DNA of 64,000 nt from Verrucomicrobiia bacterium (GCA_963664225.1 OY760937.1:1248001-1312000); one strand, 5' to 3'. Shown: positions 10,271-20,895, counted from the first letter of the stretch. Notes: a model not told the origin generated them from the letters alone. Translations and numbers: made by a program.

Positions 10271-10310
10271 TAAAGGTCTAAAGGTCTAAAGGGGTAAGGG
10301 GTCATAAAGG
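10271..10310. repeat. degenerate octamer tandem repeat (TAAAGGTC)
   Basis: TAAAGGTC TAAAGGTC TAAAGGGG TAAGGGGTCA TAAAGG at the edge of the low-GC cassette. Confidence 0.6.
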
Positions 10311-10691
10311 ACTCACCCATTAGTCCAGGGCTCACCACAACAAAACGTTGCTGCTCCGATTATTTATTTTTCGGTTTTTTTCTGTGGTGACCCGGGTACG
10401 CGTCTGCAGGTCCTGACCCAGTCCTGCGTTTTCGTCATTAATAATTCCGACCCACCCCCGCCACGGTCGCGGTCAACCCAATCACCCCGTGGTCAACCGG
10501 TTGAACGCAAGAAGGCACTCCTTGCGGAGGGATTGTTTGAAGCGGTTATGGCCCGGGGGGCTTTCTCCTGGCCCTGACGAATTTTGTCTTACGCCCAAAC
10601 GGAAACAGCCGCCCAGGCGTTTTTGAAGCTTGTATTCGTGGTGTATATGGGGACACCATCCTTCTTCCAGATTGAATCCAGATTGTGTCAA

Positions 10692-13025
10692 ATGAAGCGC
10701 TTTTTCATCATCATTTTGTCCGCCTTGTCGCTGAGCCTGGCGTTCCGTGCGCAGGCCCAAACCCGCTTGAAGCTTTCCAGCATCACTCCGGGCAGCGAAC
10801 AAACGCGCTTGGTTTACAATGGCGACTTCGAGTTCCAGACCCTGGGTGCCGGGGGACGCATCCTTCCCACTGGCTGGTCCTCTCAGGGGGATATGATCCT
10901 TGCGGTCGGCGTGAACACAAATGCCGTCAATCGGGGGTGGGTGGCCAGCGGGCGTGTGGATAATTCCGCCCCCGTTTCTCAGTGCCAGCGCATGATCGTT
11001 TTGGAACCGGCCACCCAATACGTGCTCAGCGCGTATATGTGGAATATGGGCGACGCTACAAACCATGTGGCGACAGTGGTTGATTTGAACGATGCCTTCG
11101 GTGAACCGCAAATGATTTTATCCGCAGCCGATTCTGAGGCGGACCACGGTTACTTCGTATATCGCTCGTTTAACACGGCCACCACGGGAACCAATGTCGT
11201 ATTGCGTTGCTTTTATGATGGGTTTTCCGGCACAGGCGCTGCCCCCGCGTATTTTCCCGTGGGCGCGCAGTGGGATAATATTTCCATCACCAGGGCTTCA
11301 GAATTTGCGCCACCCGCTGCGGCCAATAGCGGCGCCAACATTCTCCCTTCAGTCCGCATCACTGCTCCCACGGATGGAACAAACCTGTTCATCCAGAACT
11401 GGCCGGCAGTCGCGCAGATATCTGCGGAGGCCTCGGATTTGGATGGTTCGATAATCAAAGTGGAATTCTTCGCCGATGCCGTGAAAGTGGGGCAGGGGGC
11501 GTCGCTCCCTTGGACGGTGCCCTGGACCAATTCCGCCTCCGGCGATCATTCGCTCTGGGCCGTGGCCACGGACAACAAAGGTGCCACGACCCAATCGGCC
11601 CCCGTGAGCGTGGCGATTACCGTTCCACCGCCGCCGATTTCCCTGAGCATCGCGACCGCGGGCACCAACGTGGAGGTTTCCTGGCCGGTTGGAGCACCGG
11701 CCCTTTTTCTAAAATCCACAACAAATCTGGCGTTAACAAACGCCTGGAAACTGGTCACAAACGTTCCCTCCAGCAACAACACCGAACTCCAGGTCACCGT
11801 CCCGGGTTCCGACAACCAACGCTTTTTCCAACTGGCGCCGGACATTGACCCATCCACGCTGGATCGCAAGATGATGATGGGGTATCAGGGATGGTTTGCT
11901 TGCGCCAACGACGGCTCTCCTGTGAATCGCTGGGTGCACTGGTTCCGTCGGCAGTCAACGGTCGCCACCAACGCAACCGTGGACTTCTGGCCCGATATTT
12001 CCGAGTTGGACAGCGACGAGCTTTATCCCACCGAAATGACCCTGCCAGGCGGTGCGCCCGCGCAGCTCTACTCGGCCTTTAACCGTAAGACAGTGGTGCG
12101 CCATTTTAAATGGATGAAAGACTACCAGATAGACGGCGTGTTTCTGCAGCGCTTCACATCGGAGTTGGGGAGTCCCTCATTCTTCGCATTGCGCAACCGG
12201 GTCGCTGAAAATGTGCGTGCCGGGGCCGAGGAGAACGGGCGTGTGTTCGCCATCATGTACGATATTTCCGGCCAGTCCGCTTCCACGCTCTTGAGTGCCT
12301 TGACCAATGATTGGGCCTACCTGACCGGTACCTTGCGCCTGACCAACAGCCCCTGTTACGTGCGTCATAATGGAAAACCTGTCGTCGCCGTGTGGGGACT
12401 TGGTTTTACCGACCGACCTGGAACACCCCAGGATGCGCAGGCGGTGATCGCCTTTTTCAAGGCAGCAAATGTCACTTTGATGGGCGGCGTGCCGACCGGG
12501 TGGCGCACTTTGAACAGTGACTCCCAAACCGCTTCGGCGTGGGCATCCGTTTACCGTTCCTTTGATATCATCAGCCCATGGGCGGTTGGCCGCTACGGCA
12601 CCACCGCTGAGGCGGACAACTTCAAGCTCAACCAGATCGTTCCCGATCTGAACGAAACCCGGCTGCGTGGCATCGACTACATGCCGGTCGTTTTTCCCGG
12701 TTTTTCCTGGCACAACCTGAATGCGGGCACTCTCAACCAGATTCCCCGATACAGCGGGACATTCTATTGGCGGCAGGTTTACAACGCCCTGACCGCCGGT
12801 TGCAGCATGATCTACGTCGCCATGTTCGATGAAATGGATGAGGGCACCGCCATGTTGAAAATGGCCCCCACGCGCAACGAGCTTCCCGCTCAGGGTCAGT
12901 TTGTCCCGCTGAACGTCGATGGAAAACTGCTCCCCAGCGACTGGTATTTGCGTGTCGCAGGTGAAGCGTCGAAAATGCTGCGCCGTGAAATCCCGCTGAC
13001 CTCCCAAATCCAGATCAAGCCCTGA
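10692..13025 (+). CDS. secreted GH71/GH99-like glycoside hydrolase with CBM-like and Ig-like N-terminal domains
   Basis: Signal peptide from ATG 10692 (MKRFFIIILS); GYQGWF, HFKWMKDYQIDGVFLQRF, MYDISG, SPWAVGRY, PGFSWHNL, AMFDEMDEGTA motifs; Ig-like ASDLDGSIIKVEFF. Confidence 0.85.
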   Translation: MKRFFIIILSALSLSLAFRAQAQTRLKLSSITPGSEQTRLVYNGDFEFQTLGAGGRILPTGWSSQGDMILAVGVNTNAVNRGWVASGRVDNSAPVSQCQRMIVLEPATQYVLSAYMWNMGDATNHVATVVDLNDAFGEPQMILSAADSEADHGYFVYRSFNTATTGTNVVLRCFYDGFSGTGAAPAYFPVGAQWDNISITRASEFAPPAAANSGANILPSVRITAPTDGTNLFIQNWPAVAQISAEASDLDGSIIKVEFFADAVKVGQGASLPWTVPWTNSASGDHSLWAVATDNKGATTQSAPVSVAITVPPPPISLSIATAGTNVEVSWPVGAPALFLKSTTNLALTNAWKLVTNVPSSNNTELQVTVPGSDNQRFFQLAPDIDPSTLDRKMMMGYQGWFACANDGSPVNRWVHWFRRQSTVATNATVDFWPDISELDSDELYPTEMTLPGGAPAQLYSAFNRKTVVRHFKWMKDYQIDGVFLQRFTSELGSPSFFALRNRVAENVRAGAEENGRVFAIMYDISGQSASTLLSALTNDWAYLTGTLRLTNSPCYVRHNGKPVVAVWGLGFTDRPGTPQDAQAVIAFFKAANVTLMGGVPTGWRTLNSDSQTASAWASVYRSFDIISPWAVGRYGTTAEADNFKLNQIVPDLNETRLRGIDYMPVVFPGFSWHNLNAGTLNQIPRYSGTFYWRQVYNALTAGCSMIYVAMFDEMDEGTAMLKMAPTRNELPAQGQFVPLNVDGKLLPSDWYLRVAGEASKMLRREIPLTSQIQIKP

Positions 13026-13198
13026 ATTGGAGACTTGCGACCACTGCCGACTTTGCGATAAAGTGCCGTCGGATGAGATTTGAGGCGGGACTTGGCGGGG
13101 ACACATAAACCTCGTTTGGTTACTGGAGAGCAACACGCGTGCCAGGTTGTGAGACTCAAATCTAAATCTTCCGTAAGTCGTTGATTATTAGTAATATT

Positions 13199-13286
13199 GC
13201 CGGTGTGGCGAAATGGCAGACGCACAGGACTTAAAATCCTGGGACCGTAAAAAGTCGTGTCGGTTCGAGTCCGACCACCGGCACCA
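13199..13286 (+). tRNA. tRNA-Leu (anticodon TAA)
   Basis: Acceptor stem GCCGGTG/CACCGGC, anticodon arm CAGGA-CTTAAAA-TCCTG, long variable arm, GGTTCGAGTCC T-loop, encoded CCA. Confidence 0.97.
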
Positions 13287-13334
13287 CTTGTAAATCATTT
13301 TACATCAAGTCTTTGCGCGTGGGGGAGGCTCCAG

Positions 13335-13358
13335 CGGACACCAAAACGGACACCAAAA
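13335..13358 (+). repeat. tandem 12-bp direct repeat, probable integrase arm-type sites
   Basis: CGGACACCAAAA x2 between the tRNA 3' end and the integrase. Confidence 0.6.
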
Positions 13359-13457
13359 ATGGTAGTCCATTACTAGGGCGTCAGTGCTCGCATATGCGCT
13401 GCCACTACTCCCTAACGCTGGAGAATCGAAGTCAATTACGCTCGATTTCACGAACGT

Positions 13458-14564
13458 ATGAAGACCAGATTCCATTTAATTCGGCGCAATCATCGCGGGG
13501 GAACGTTTTATTGCACGGACACCCTCACCGGCCATCGCACCAGCCTTCAAACAAAGGACGAAGCCGAAGCCACGCAAATCGTGCAGGCCAAAAACCAGGC
13601 TTTGCGCCAGCCCATGCTGAATCTCCAGATTGCCAAAGCGTATTTGGCCGGCAGCGATTCAGGCGTCAACACGCGAACCTGGCAGCATGCTTTTGACGCC
13701 ATCATTAAACTCAAAGAGGGTGAAACCAAAGCGCGTTGGATGCGGGCGTCGTGCGAGGAACCCTTTGAATTGATCCGCAACCGGATTGTCATCGAAACGA
13801 AGGCCGAGCATTTTCTCGAGGTTTTGCAGGATGGAACTGTCAGCACCAATGTTCATCTGCGTAAACTGCACAACTTCTGTTTGGATATGAACTGGCTCCC
13901 TTGGCCCATTCTTCCCAGAAAGCAATGGCCACCCGTTCATTACCAGGAAAAGCGGGCCATCCTGGAAGGGGAACACCGGCAAATCATTCAAGCCGAGAAA
14001 AACGTTGAATTGAAAATGTTCTACGAATTGTGCTGGCACCTCGGCGGATCCCAGTCCGACATCGCCACACTCACCGCAGAATGTATCCAATGGGATGATC
14101 GGGTAATCGCTTATCGGCGCAAGAAAACGCACGTGGTATCCATTTTTCATTTTGGAGATGAGGTTGCCGATATCATTCAAGAACTCTCCACCGCAGGACC
14201 ATTATTCCCACGCCTGGCCCTGATGCACGAAAAACACCGCGCCAAAGAGTTTAAACGCCGCTGCAATGGCTTGGGAATCCACGGCGTGACGCTGCATAGC
14301 TACCGGTATGCGTGGGCGGAACGCGCCAAGAATTGCGGCTATCCAGAACGTTTTGCTCAAGAGGCGCTTGGCCATAACAGCAAGGCGGTTCACCGCGCTT
14401 ATGCGCGGAAAGCGCAGGTCCAGTTGCCAGCCCTCGAAGATTACGAAAAAGCCTATGCGAACAAGAACATTATTCCCTTCGACCTGCAGAAGGGAAAGCT
14501 AAACACGAAGACAACCCTGCTGGGCGGAGAAAACGAAAAAACGACAATGGCGGACAATCATTAA
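13458..14564 (+). CDS. tyrosine recombinase/integrase
   Basis: TLHSYRYAWA (HxxR), LGHNSKAVHRAY (H..Y nucleophile); adjacent to a tRNA. Confidence 0.92.
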   Translation: MKTRFHLIRRNHRGGTFYCTDTLTGHRTSLQTKDEAEATQIVQAKNQALRQPMLNLQIAKAYLAGSDSGVNTRTWQHAFDAIIKLKEGETKARWMRASCEEPFELIRNRIVIETKAEHFLEVLQDGTVSTNVHLRKLHNFCLDMNWLPWPILPRKQWPPVHYQEKRAILEGEHRQIIQAEKNVELKMFYELCWHLGGSQSDIATLTAECIQWDDRVIAYRRKKTHVVSIFHFGDEVADIIQELSTAGPLFPRLALMHEKHRAKEFKRRCNGLGIHGVTLHSYRYAWAERAKNCGYPERFAQEALGHNSKAVHRAYARKAQVQLPALEDYEKAYANKNIIPFDLQKGKLNTKTTLLGGENEKTTMADNH

Positions 14565-14775
14565 GGATTTGCTCACAATCCACCTGCCACCCATCGACTA
14601 CTCGCTAACCGATTTATTGGCGCTTCTGTTTCTCGGGCCTTTGGCAGGCTCGCTCGGCCTGGGGTCTCAATGACCGATGAAACAACGTTTCGGATTGGTT
14701 GACTAGCCGGTTTGAGTTGCGATAGAACGACTTTACCCACGAAGCAGGCACCGGTTCCATCGAAGAACGGGCCCA

Positions 14776-17700
14776 ATGACAGGGAGGAGGTTCATGCCGG
14801 CAGCAGGCAGGGTCATTAAAAACGATCTGCAACTTGATTTGTTCACTTTTGACCGAAGGAGACCAGCCTATGATCAAGCCACTGACGCAACTCGGCTTAA
14901 TGGCCGAGAAACACTGGAGACAATATCTGCCGAAAATGGTCGCGGAACTGGAAGCCAAGGGCCAACTCCAGGCCATGCTGCTGGAGGCGGAGGAAAAGAC
15001 CGAGGCGGACCTGGACCGGATTCGACGGCAGTTGATTCAGTGGGGCCAGTCGCCCCTGCAAGCGCACGTCCAGGCCTGGGAAATGGTCCGCCAACACTAC
15101 ATCTTACTGCCGCCCGAGTCATAGCAAACGGCCACGATTCTGTCGGTCACCAGGAGGGCCACAACGCGGGCAGTGACGAAACCACCACGTCCATGCCGGT
15201 TTCACCGTCCGCCGACGAGGAGCAGCAAGGTGGAGCGGCTCTTTCGTTCCAGAAACCCCCTGTATTTGAACCCGAACCGCTCCGCAACCAGACCAACTAT
15301 CGGATCACCGTCGGAGATCGCCTGGGAAGCGGGTCGCTGAAACAAAAGTGCCACGACAACCTCGCGGCCATTGAGTTGCTCAAGCGCTTGGAGGCCGAAG
15401 CCCGACCGCCTACCATTGAGGAAAAGAGAGGGATGGTGCGTTACGTAGGTTGGGGTGGATTACCCCAGGTCTTTGACGTCTGGAATGACGAGTGGAAGGA
15501 ACAACACGAACGGTTGGAGCGGTTGCTTGAGCCCGATGAATTGGAATCCGCCCGCGCTTCCACCCTGAACGCCCATTACACGGCCCCACAAGTCATCCGG
15601 GCCATGTATGCCGCGTTGCAGCGGTTCGGCTTCACTCAGGGCCGCATTCTCGAGCCTGCCTTGGGTCTTGGACATTTTATCGGCCTCATGCCCGACGAAA
15701 TGCATTCCCGCTCGCTGATCACCGGTATCGAAATAGATTCGCTCACCGCCCGGTTGGCCAAGGCGCTTTATCCCGACGCCGACATCCGGCATCAACCGTT
15801 CGAGGAAACCAAGCTGCCTGACGGATTCTACGATGTGGCCATTTCCAACATTCCTTTCGGGAACTACAAGCCCTTCGATCCCCGGTTCAAAGGCTGGAAT
15901 TTCCTCATCCATGATTATTTCTTCGCCGCCGCGCTCAACAAGATTCGCCCCGGCGGACTGATCCTGTTCATCACTTCGCACGGCACGCTCGACAAACAGG
16001 ACGCCGCGCTTCGGAATTACCTCTTCCACCAGGCGGACCTGCTGGGGGCCATCCGTCTGCCCAACGATGCCTTCAAACGCAATGCCAACACCGAAGTCAC
16101 CACCGACATCGTCATGTTGCGCAAGCGGCTTCCAGGTGAAACACCAAAAGGCCCGGAATGGATGCAGACCGTCGAGATCACCAACTCGGTGGGGGAAACC
16201 ATTTCGATCAACGAATACTTCGCCGCCCACCCGGAAATGCTGCTGGGCGAGATGCGTCTGGAGGGCCGGATGTATGGGCGGGGTGAAGCGACGCTCGTCG
16301 GTAACAAGCGTGACCTGGCAGAGCAATTGGCCGAGGCCATCGCGTTGCTGCCACGGGACATATTCCGTCGCGAGATCAAGACGGTTGAAAATCCGTCGCT
16401 GTCCCATACGTTCCCCGCCCCGGAGCACGTCAAGCCCAACGCCTATACCATCGTCAACGGTCAGATCGCCATTCGCGACGAAGACCGTCTCCGCCTATTG
16501 ACCGGACTGTCCTCCCAAGTGGCCGCGCGTATACGAGGGCTGATCCGCGTGCGGGACGCCATGCGGCGCTGCCTCCTGGCCCAAGTCAAGGAAGCCGACG
16601 AGTGCGAAGTGGCGTCGTCACGAGAGCAACTCAACCACGCCTACGACTATTTTGTGGCCCGGTTCGGACCGATTTCCGAACGCGCCAACACCAGCGCCTT
16701 CCGGGGGGATCCCGATCAGCCGCTGTTGTTGTCCCTGGAGAATTACAACGAGGAAACCCGGCGCGCGACCAAGGCCGCCATCTTTCGGGAAAGAACTATC
16801 CAGAAGAAACGTCCGCTGGCCGTCGTCAATTCCCCGGAAGAAGCCTTGCTTGTCACCTTGAACGAGCGGGGCTGCGTGGACCTGGACTACCTGGTAGGCC
16901 TGCTCCATCGCCGCCCGACGGAGTTCCTGCCGGACCTGCGCGGCACGATATTCCTCAATCCCCAGACCAATCGCTGGGAAACCGAGGATGCCTACCTGTC
17001 GGGCAATGTTCGGGCGAAATTGGAGACCGCCGAGGCGGCCCTGCTGTTGGATGAACAATTCAAAATCAACGTCGAGGCGCTCAAAGCCGTCCAACCGACT
17101 GACCTATCGGCGGTGGAAATTGACGCCCGCATGGGCAGTACATGGATTCCGCCAGAGGACATCGAGCGATTCGCCGAAGAACTGCTGGGCGAAACGAGCA
17201 TCCATGTCAGCCATGCCCCGCAGCTTGGGCTGTGGGTTGTCCGTGGTGGTTGGAGCGCGAAAATCTCCATCGCCAACACGACAGAATGGGGCACGGAGCA
17301 GCGTAGCGCCCTCGACCTTATCGAGGATGCCCTGAACCTGCGCACACCCACCGTTTATGAACACGATCCACACACTGACCGCGACGTGGTGGATGTTGCG
17401 GCCACCGAGGCCGCCCGCGACAAACAGGAGAAGATCAAAGAGCGGTTCAAGGAATGGATTTGGCAGGATGATGCCCGGCGGGAGCGTTTGGCACGGAAAT
17501 ACAACGACGAGTTCAACCACACGCGGCTCCGGTCGTTCAACGGCAATCATCTCACCCTGCCTGGGGCCAGTCCCGCGATTGACCTCCGTTCGCACCAGAA
17601 AGCCGCCGTGTGGCGCATCCTGCAAACGCCCAACTGCCTGCTGGCCCATGTGGTCGGGGCGGGCAAAACTTATGTGATGGTGGCCGCCGCCATGGAGCTG

Positions 17701-20070
17701 AAGCGGCTGGGGCTGGCGCAAAAGCCAATGATTACCGTGCCCAACCACATGCTCGGCCAGTTCACGGCCGAATTGCTGGGGCTGTATCCCGGCGCCAATA
17801 TCCTCGTGGCCACCAAGGACGATTTTGAGAAAGAGAAGCGCAAGACATTGATGAGCCGGATTGCCACGGGGAATTGGGACGCGGTCATCGTCACCCATTC
17901 CGGGTTCGAGAAAATCCCTGTCGCGCGGGAAACCCAGGAGGAATTCTTTCAGGAACACTTGCGGGAATTGGCCCTGGCCATCGAACAGCAGCGAAAGGAG
18001 GGCGACTGTCGTATCATCAAGGCCCTCGAACGCGCCAAGAAACAACTGGAGTCCAAGCTGAAGGAATTGGCGGCGAATGAGAAAAAAGACGACGGCCTCA
18101 CGTTCGAGGAATTGGGCGTGGACCGGTTGTTCGTGGACGAGGCCCATTGTTTCAAGAACCTGTTCTATGTCTCGAAGATGACGCGCATCGCCGGGCTGCC
18201 CCAGACGGCGTCGCAGCGCGCCTTTGATATGTTTCTGAAGGCGCAGCATGTGCAGCGAATGAATGGAGGCGGAGGCGTGGTGTTTGCAACAGGAACGCCG
18301 GTGACCAACAGCGTGGCCGAGATGTTCACCATGCAGCGGTTCCTCCAGATGATGACACTGAAGGATCAGAACGTGGCCCATTTCGATTCCTGGGCGGCGA
18401 CCTTCGGCGAGCCGGTGACGGCGATGGAGTTGGCCCCGGACGGTTCCGGTTATCGGTTACACACTCGTTTTGCCCGGTTCATCAACGTGCCGGAATTAAT
18501 GCAGATGTTCCGTCAAGTGGCCGACATTCAAACGCAGGAGATGCTCAAGTTGCCAGTCCCCGAATTGAGGCAGGGAAAACCGGCCGTCATCAGTTCTCCG
18601 TGCTCACCGGAATTGAAAGAGATCGTTCAGTCGCTGGTCGAGCGGGCTGAGGCATTGCGCACCGGCTCAGTTGATCCACGTGATGACAACATGCTTCTGG
18701 TGACCACCGATGGTCGCAAGGCAGCTCTGGACTTGCGATTGCACGACCCATCGCTGCCCGACCATGACAACAGCAAGGTCAACCGGGCGGTGGAGATGAT
18801 TGAACGCATCTGGCGGGAGACAGCGGAAGGCCGTTCCGCGCAATTGGTGTTCTGCGACATGTCCATTCCGACCGGCGGCAAGGGATTTTCAGTCTATGAA
18901 GACATACGGAACAAATTGATTGCGCGGGGTGTGCCGGATAAGGAAATCGCCTTTATCCAGGACCACGATAGCGATGCCGCCAAGCTGATGCTGTTCCGGG
19001 ATGTGCGGGCAGGCAAGGTGCGGATTCTTATCGGTAGCACACAGAAAATGGGCACTGGTGCGAATGTTCAGGAACGCTTGATAGCCTTGCATCACCTCGA
19101 CGCGCCGTGGCGGCCAGCCGATGTCGAGCAACGGGAAGGCCGGATTCTCCGGCAAGGCAACTCGAATCCTGAAATCCAGATCTACCGATACGTTACCGAA
19201 GCCTCGTTCGACGCCTACATGTGGCAAACGCTCGAGACCAAGGCCAAGTTCATTGGCCAGGTGATGACCGGCGAGAGCGATTTGCGTCGCATCGAGGACA
19301 TCGACGGCACCGCCCTGACCTATGCCGAAGTCAAGGCCATCGCGTCGGGCAATCCGCTCGTGATTGAGAAGGCCCGGATTGATGCCGAGGTGGCGCGCCT
19401 CAGCCGATTGCATTGCGAGCACCAGGAAACTCAATTCCGGCTCCGGTCGCGGGTCCGACACCTGACCGATGAGCTTCCGCGTTTGGAAAAACGGTTGGAG
19501 GATGTGGGCCGGGATATTGGGACACGTCAGGACACAAGCGGCGACAAGTTCGTCCTGATGCTGGAAGATCAGGAGATACGGGATCGCGGTATTGGTGGTG
19601 AACTCCTGCTCCGTCGGGCAGAACGGATACGTGGGAGTCGCTCCGAGCGCCTGGTGGGCAGCTTGGCTGGCTTCCAGTTATTCGTTGCCGACAACTTCAT
19701 GCAAGGCCCCGAATTGGTGATCAAAGGGACCACGACCTACACCGCCAAAGTCACTGACACAGCGCTGGGCACCATCCGCTCGCTGGAGCATACGATTCAA
19801 CACCTCGAAGAGGTATCAGCGAACCTGACCCACAACATCCAAGACAACCGGAAACGACTGACGGATCTTCACGTTCAAGCCAACACGCCCTTCGAATACG
19901 CCGAACGCCTGGTATCGCTCCGACGGCGCCAACAAGAGATTGCGGACGAACTGGATTTGACCAAGAACCAAACGCCTGCCCAACTGGAGACAACGGAAGG
20001 CGATCTTGAAAACGCCATTCCTAGCTGTTGCCCACCTGCTCGGTCATTGCTAGAGCAACGGAAGGACTGA
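14776..20070 (+). CDS. DarB-like large DNA adenine methyltransferase/SNF2 helicase fusion (true start probably near ATG 15193)
   Basis: YVGWGGL, ILEPALGLGHF, ISNIPF MTase motifs; LLAHVVGAGKT, VDEAH, ATGTP, QREGRILRQGN helicase motifs. Confidence 0.92.
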   Translation: MTGRRFMPAAGRVIKNDLQLDLFTFDRRRPAYDQATDATRLNGRETLETISAENGRGTGSQGPTPGHAAGGGGKDRGGPGPDSTAVDSVGPVAPASARPGLGNGPPTLHLTAARVIANGHDSVGHQEGHNAGSDETTTSMPVSPSADEEQQGGAALSFQKPPVFEPEPLRNQTNYRITVGDRLGSGSLKQKCHDNLAAIELLKRLEAEARPPTIEEKRGMVRYVGWGGLPQVFDVWNDEWKEQHERLERLLEPDELESARASTLNAHYTAPQVIRAMYAALQRFGFTQGRILEPALGLGHFIGLMPDEMHSRSLITGIEIDSLTARLAKALYPDADIRHQPFEETKLPDGFYDVAISNIPFGNYKPFDPRFKGWNFLIHDYFFAAALNKIRPGGLILFITSHGTLDKQDAALRNYLFHQADLLGAIRLPNDAFKRNANTEVTTDIVMLRKRLPGETPKGPEWMQTVEITNSVGETISINEYFAAHPEMLLGEMRLEGRMYGRGEATLVGNKRDLAEQLAEAIALLPRDIFRREIKTVENPSLSHTFPAPEHVKPNAYTIVNGQIAIRDEDRLRLLTGLSSQVAARIRGLIRVRDAMRRCLLAQVKEADECEVASSREQLNHAYDYFVARFGPISERANTSAFRGDPDQPLLLSLENYNEETRRATKAAIFRERTIQKKRPLAVVNSPEEALLVTLNERGCVDLDYLVGLLHRRPTEFLPDLRGTIFLNPQTNRWETEDAYLSGNVRAKLETAEAALLLDEQFKINVEALKAVQPTDLSAVEIDARMGSTWIPPEDIERFAEELLGETSIHVSHAPQLGLWVVRGGWSAKISIANTTEWGTEQRSALDLIEDALNLRTPTVYEHDPHTDRDVVDVAATEAARDKQEKIKERFKEWIWQDDARRERLARKYNDEFNHTRLRSFNGNHLTLPGASPAIDLRSHQKAAVWRILQTPNCLLAHVVGAGKTYVMVAAAMELKRLGLAQKPMITVPNHMLGQFTAELLGLYPGANILVATKDDFEKEKRKTLMSRIATGNWDAVIVTHSGFEKIPVARETQEEFFQEHLRELALAIEQQRKEGDCRIIKALERAKKQLESKLKELAANEKKDDGLTFEELGVDRLFVDEAHCFKNLFYVSKMTRIAGLPQTASQRAFDMFLKAQHVQRMNGGGGVVFATGTPVTNSVAEMFTMQRFLQMMTLKDQNVAHFDSWAATFGEPVTAMELAPDGSGYRLHTRFARFINVPELMQMFRQVADIQTQEMLKLPVPELRQGKPAVISSPCSPELKEIVQSLVERAEALRTGSVDPRDDNMLLVTTDGRKAALDLRLHDPSLPDHDNSKVNRAVEMIERIWRETAEGRSAQLVFCDMSIPTGGKGFSVYEDIRNKLIARGVPDKEIAFIQDHDSDAAKLMLFRDVRAGKVRILIGSTQKMGTGANVQERLIALHHLDAPWRPADVEQREGRILRQGNSNPEIQIYRYVTEASFDAYMWQTLETKAKFIGQVMTGESDLRRIEDIDGTALTYAEVKAIASGNPLVIEKARIDAEVARLSRLHCEHQETQFRLRSRVRHLTDELPRLEKRLEDVGRDIGTRQDTSGDKFVLMLEDQEIRDRGIGGELLLRRAERIRGSRSERLVGSLAGFQLFVADNFMQGPELVIKGTTTYTAKVTDTALGTIRSLEHTIQHLEEVSANLTHNIQDNRKRLTDLHVQANTPFEYAERLVSLRRRQQEIADELDLTKNQTPAQLETTEGDLENAIPSCCPPARSLLEQRKD
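14870..15124 (+). CDS. small TnpV-like helical protein
   Basis: AGGAG RBS before ATG 14870; LGLMAEKHWRQYLPKMVAELEAKGQL...AWEMVRQHYILLP resembles TnpV-like mobile-element proteins. Confidence 0.7.
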   Translation: MIKPLTQLGLMAEKHWRQYLPKMVAELEAKGQLQAMLLEAEEKTEADLDRIRRQLIQWGQSPLQAHVQAWEMVRQHYILLPPES

Positions 20071-20293
20071 TCGGCAGTGAAATCGAGTCCTGTTTTGTCG
20101 AAGCCCGTTACGCTGGTTTCGGTCAGGATCAGGAACCCACCGACCTCACCATTGCCCAAGTCCTGACCGATTTTGTCCCGCTGTCCAAAATGATGGCGGA
20201 GCAGATTGGGGGGTGAGGAACTGGGCGAAAGGGAGGGCCAGGTATGCGACTTCATCGGTTTCAGAATCGAAGCTGAGGAGGTTGGTGGTGTAG
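20040..20293 (+). pseudogene. C-terminal remnant of a Ycf46-like AAA ATPase with a frameshift
   Basis: ARATEGLIGSEIESCFVEA...FVPLSKMMAEQIG, then after a frameshift in the G-run near 20210 RNWAKGRARYATS...*; no N-terminal part. Confidence 0.7.
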
Positions 20294-20397
20294 TTCGAAA
20301 GGGGAATGTGGCATCGGGCTGGATTCCTCTTTTTTTAGCTGTCTGCCTGTCCTGCGCAGAAAGTTCCACAAACTAATCGGTCAGGGAAACAGCGACT

Positions 20398-20895
20398 TCA
20401 GGTTTGCGGCGTTAAAGCTGAGGAAATGAATTGGTTGAACGCATCCACATCGCTCGCTGGGAGTTCAGCCAAGGAACCGGACAACTTCCCATCAGAGGGG
20501 TGCTGTAAAAAGTATCCACCAATCCCGGAAGCAGTGATATAAGCGGCATGCTGTGGGGTAATCGGCGTTGTTCGTTTGGTGTTTGGCCAATCTCCATGAT
20601 CGAGGAATGAACTGGATATTGCAATCGACCCGCTGACAAGCATTGATCCGAATGGGTGTTCATCGACCTCCGAACCATCAATGCGACGAAAATTATAGAG
20701 AATGACGGGGCTGTTCCCTGCACTTCCTGAGATGATGCGGGTGGCTGAATCAAACTTGGCTGCCAGACTTCCTGGGATAAACGAAGGGAAGTCGGCTGGG
20801 CCGACAACAAGGAACCCATCACCATCCACCAAGACGCTACCAAGCTCGACTGATTCAGTTGGGTCTAATCGGAATGGATGCACGAAGTTTGGCAT
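20398..20895 (-). CDS. hypothetical protein, last gene of the defence operon
   Basis: ORF 11 nt downstream of the nuclease gene; no recognised motif. Confidence 0.6.
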   Translation of the reverse strand: MPNFVHPFRLDPTESVELGSVLVDGDGFLVVGPADFPSFIPGSLAAKFDSATRIISGSAGNSPVILYNFRRIDGSEVDEHPFGSMLVSGSIAISSSFLDHGDWPNTKRTTPITPQHAAYITASGIGGYFLQHPSDGKLSGSLAELPASDVDAFNQFISSALTPQT

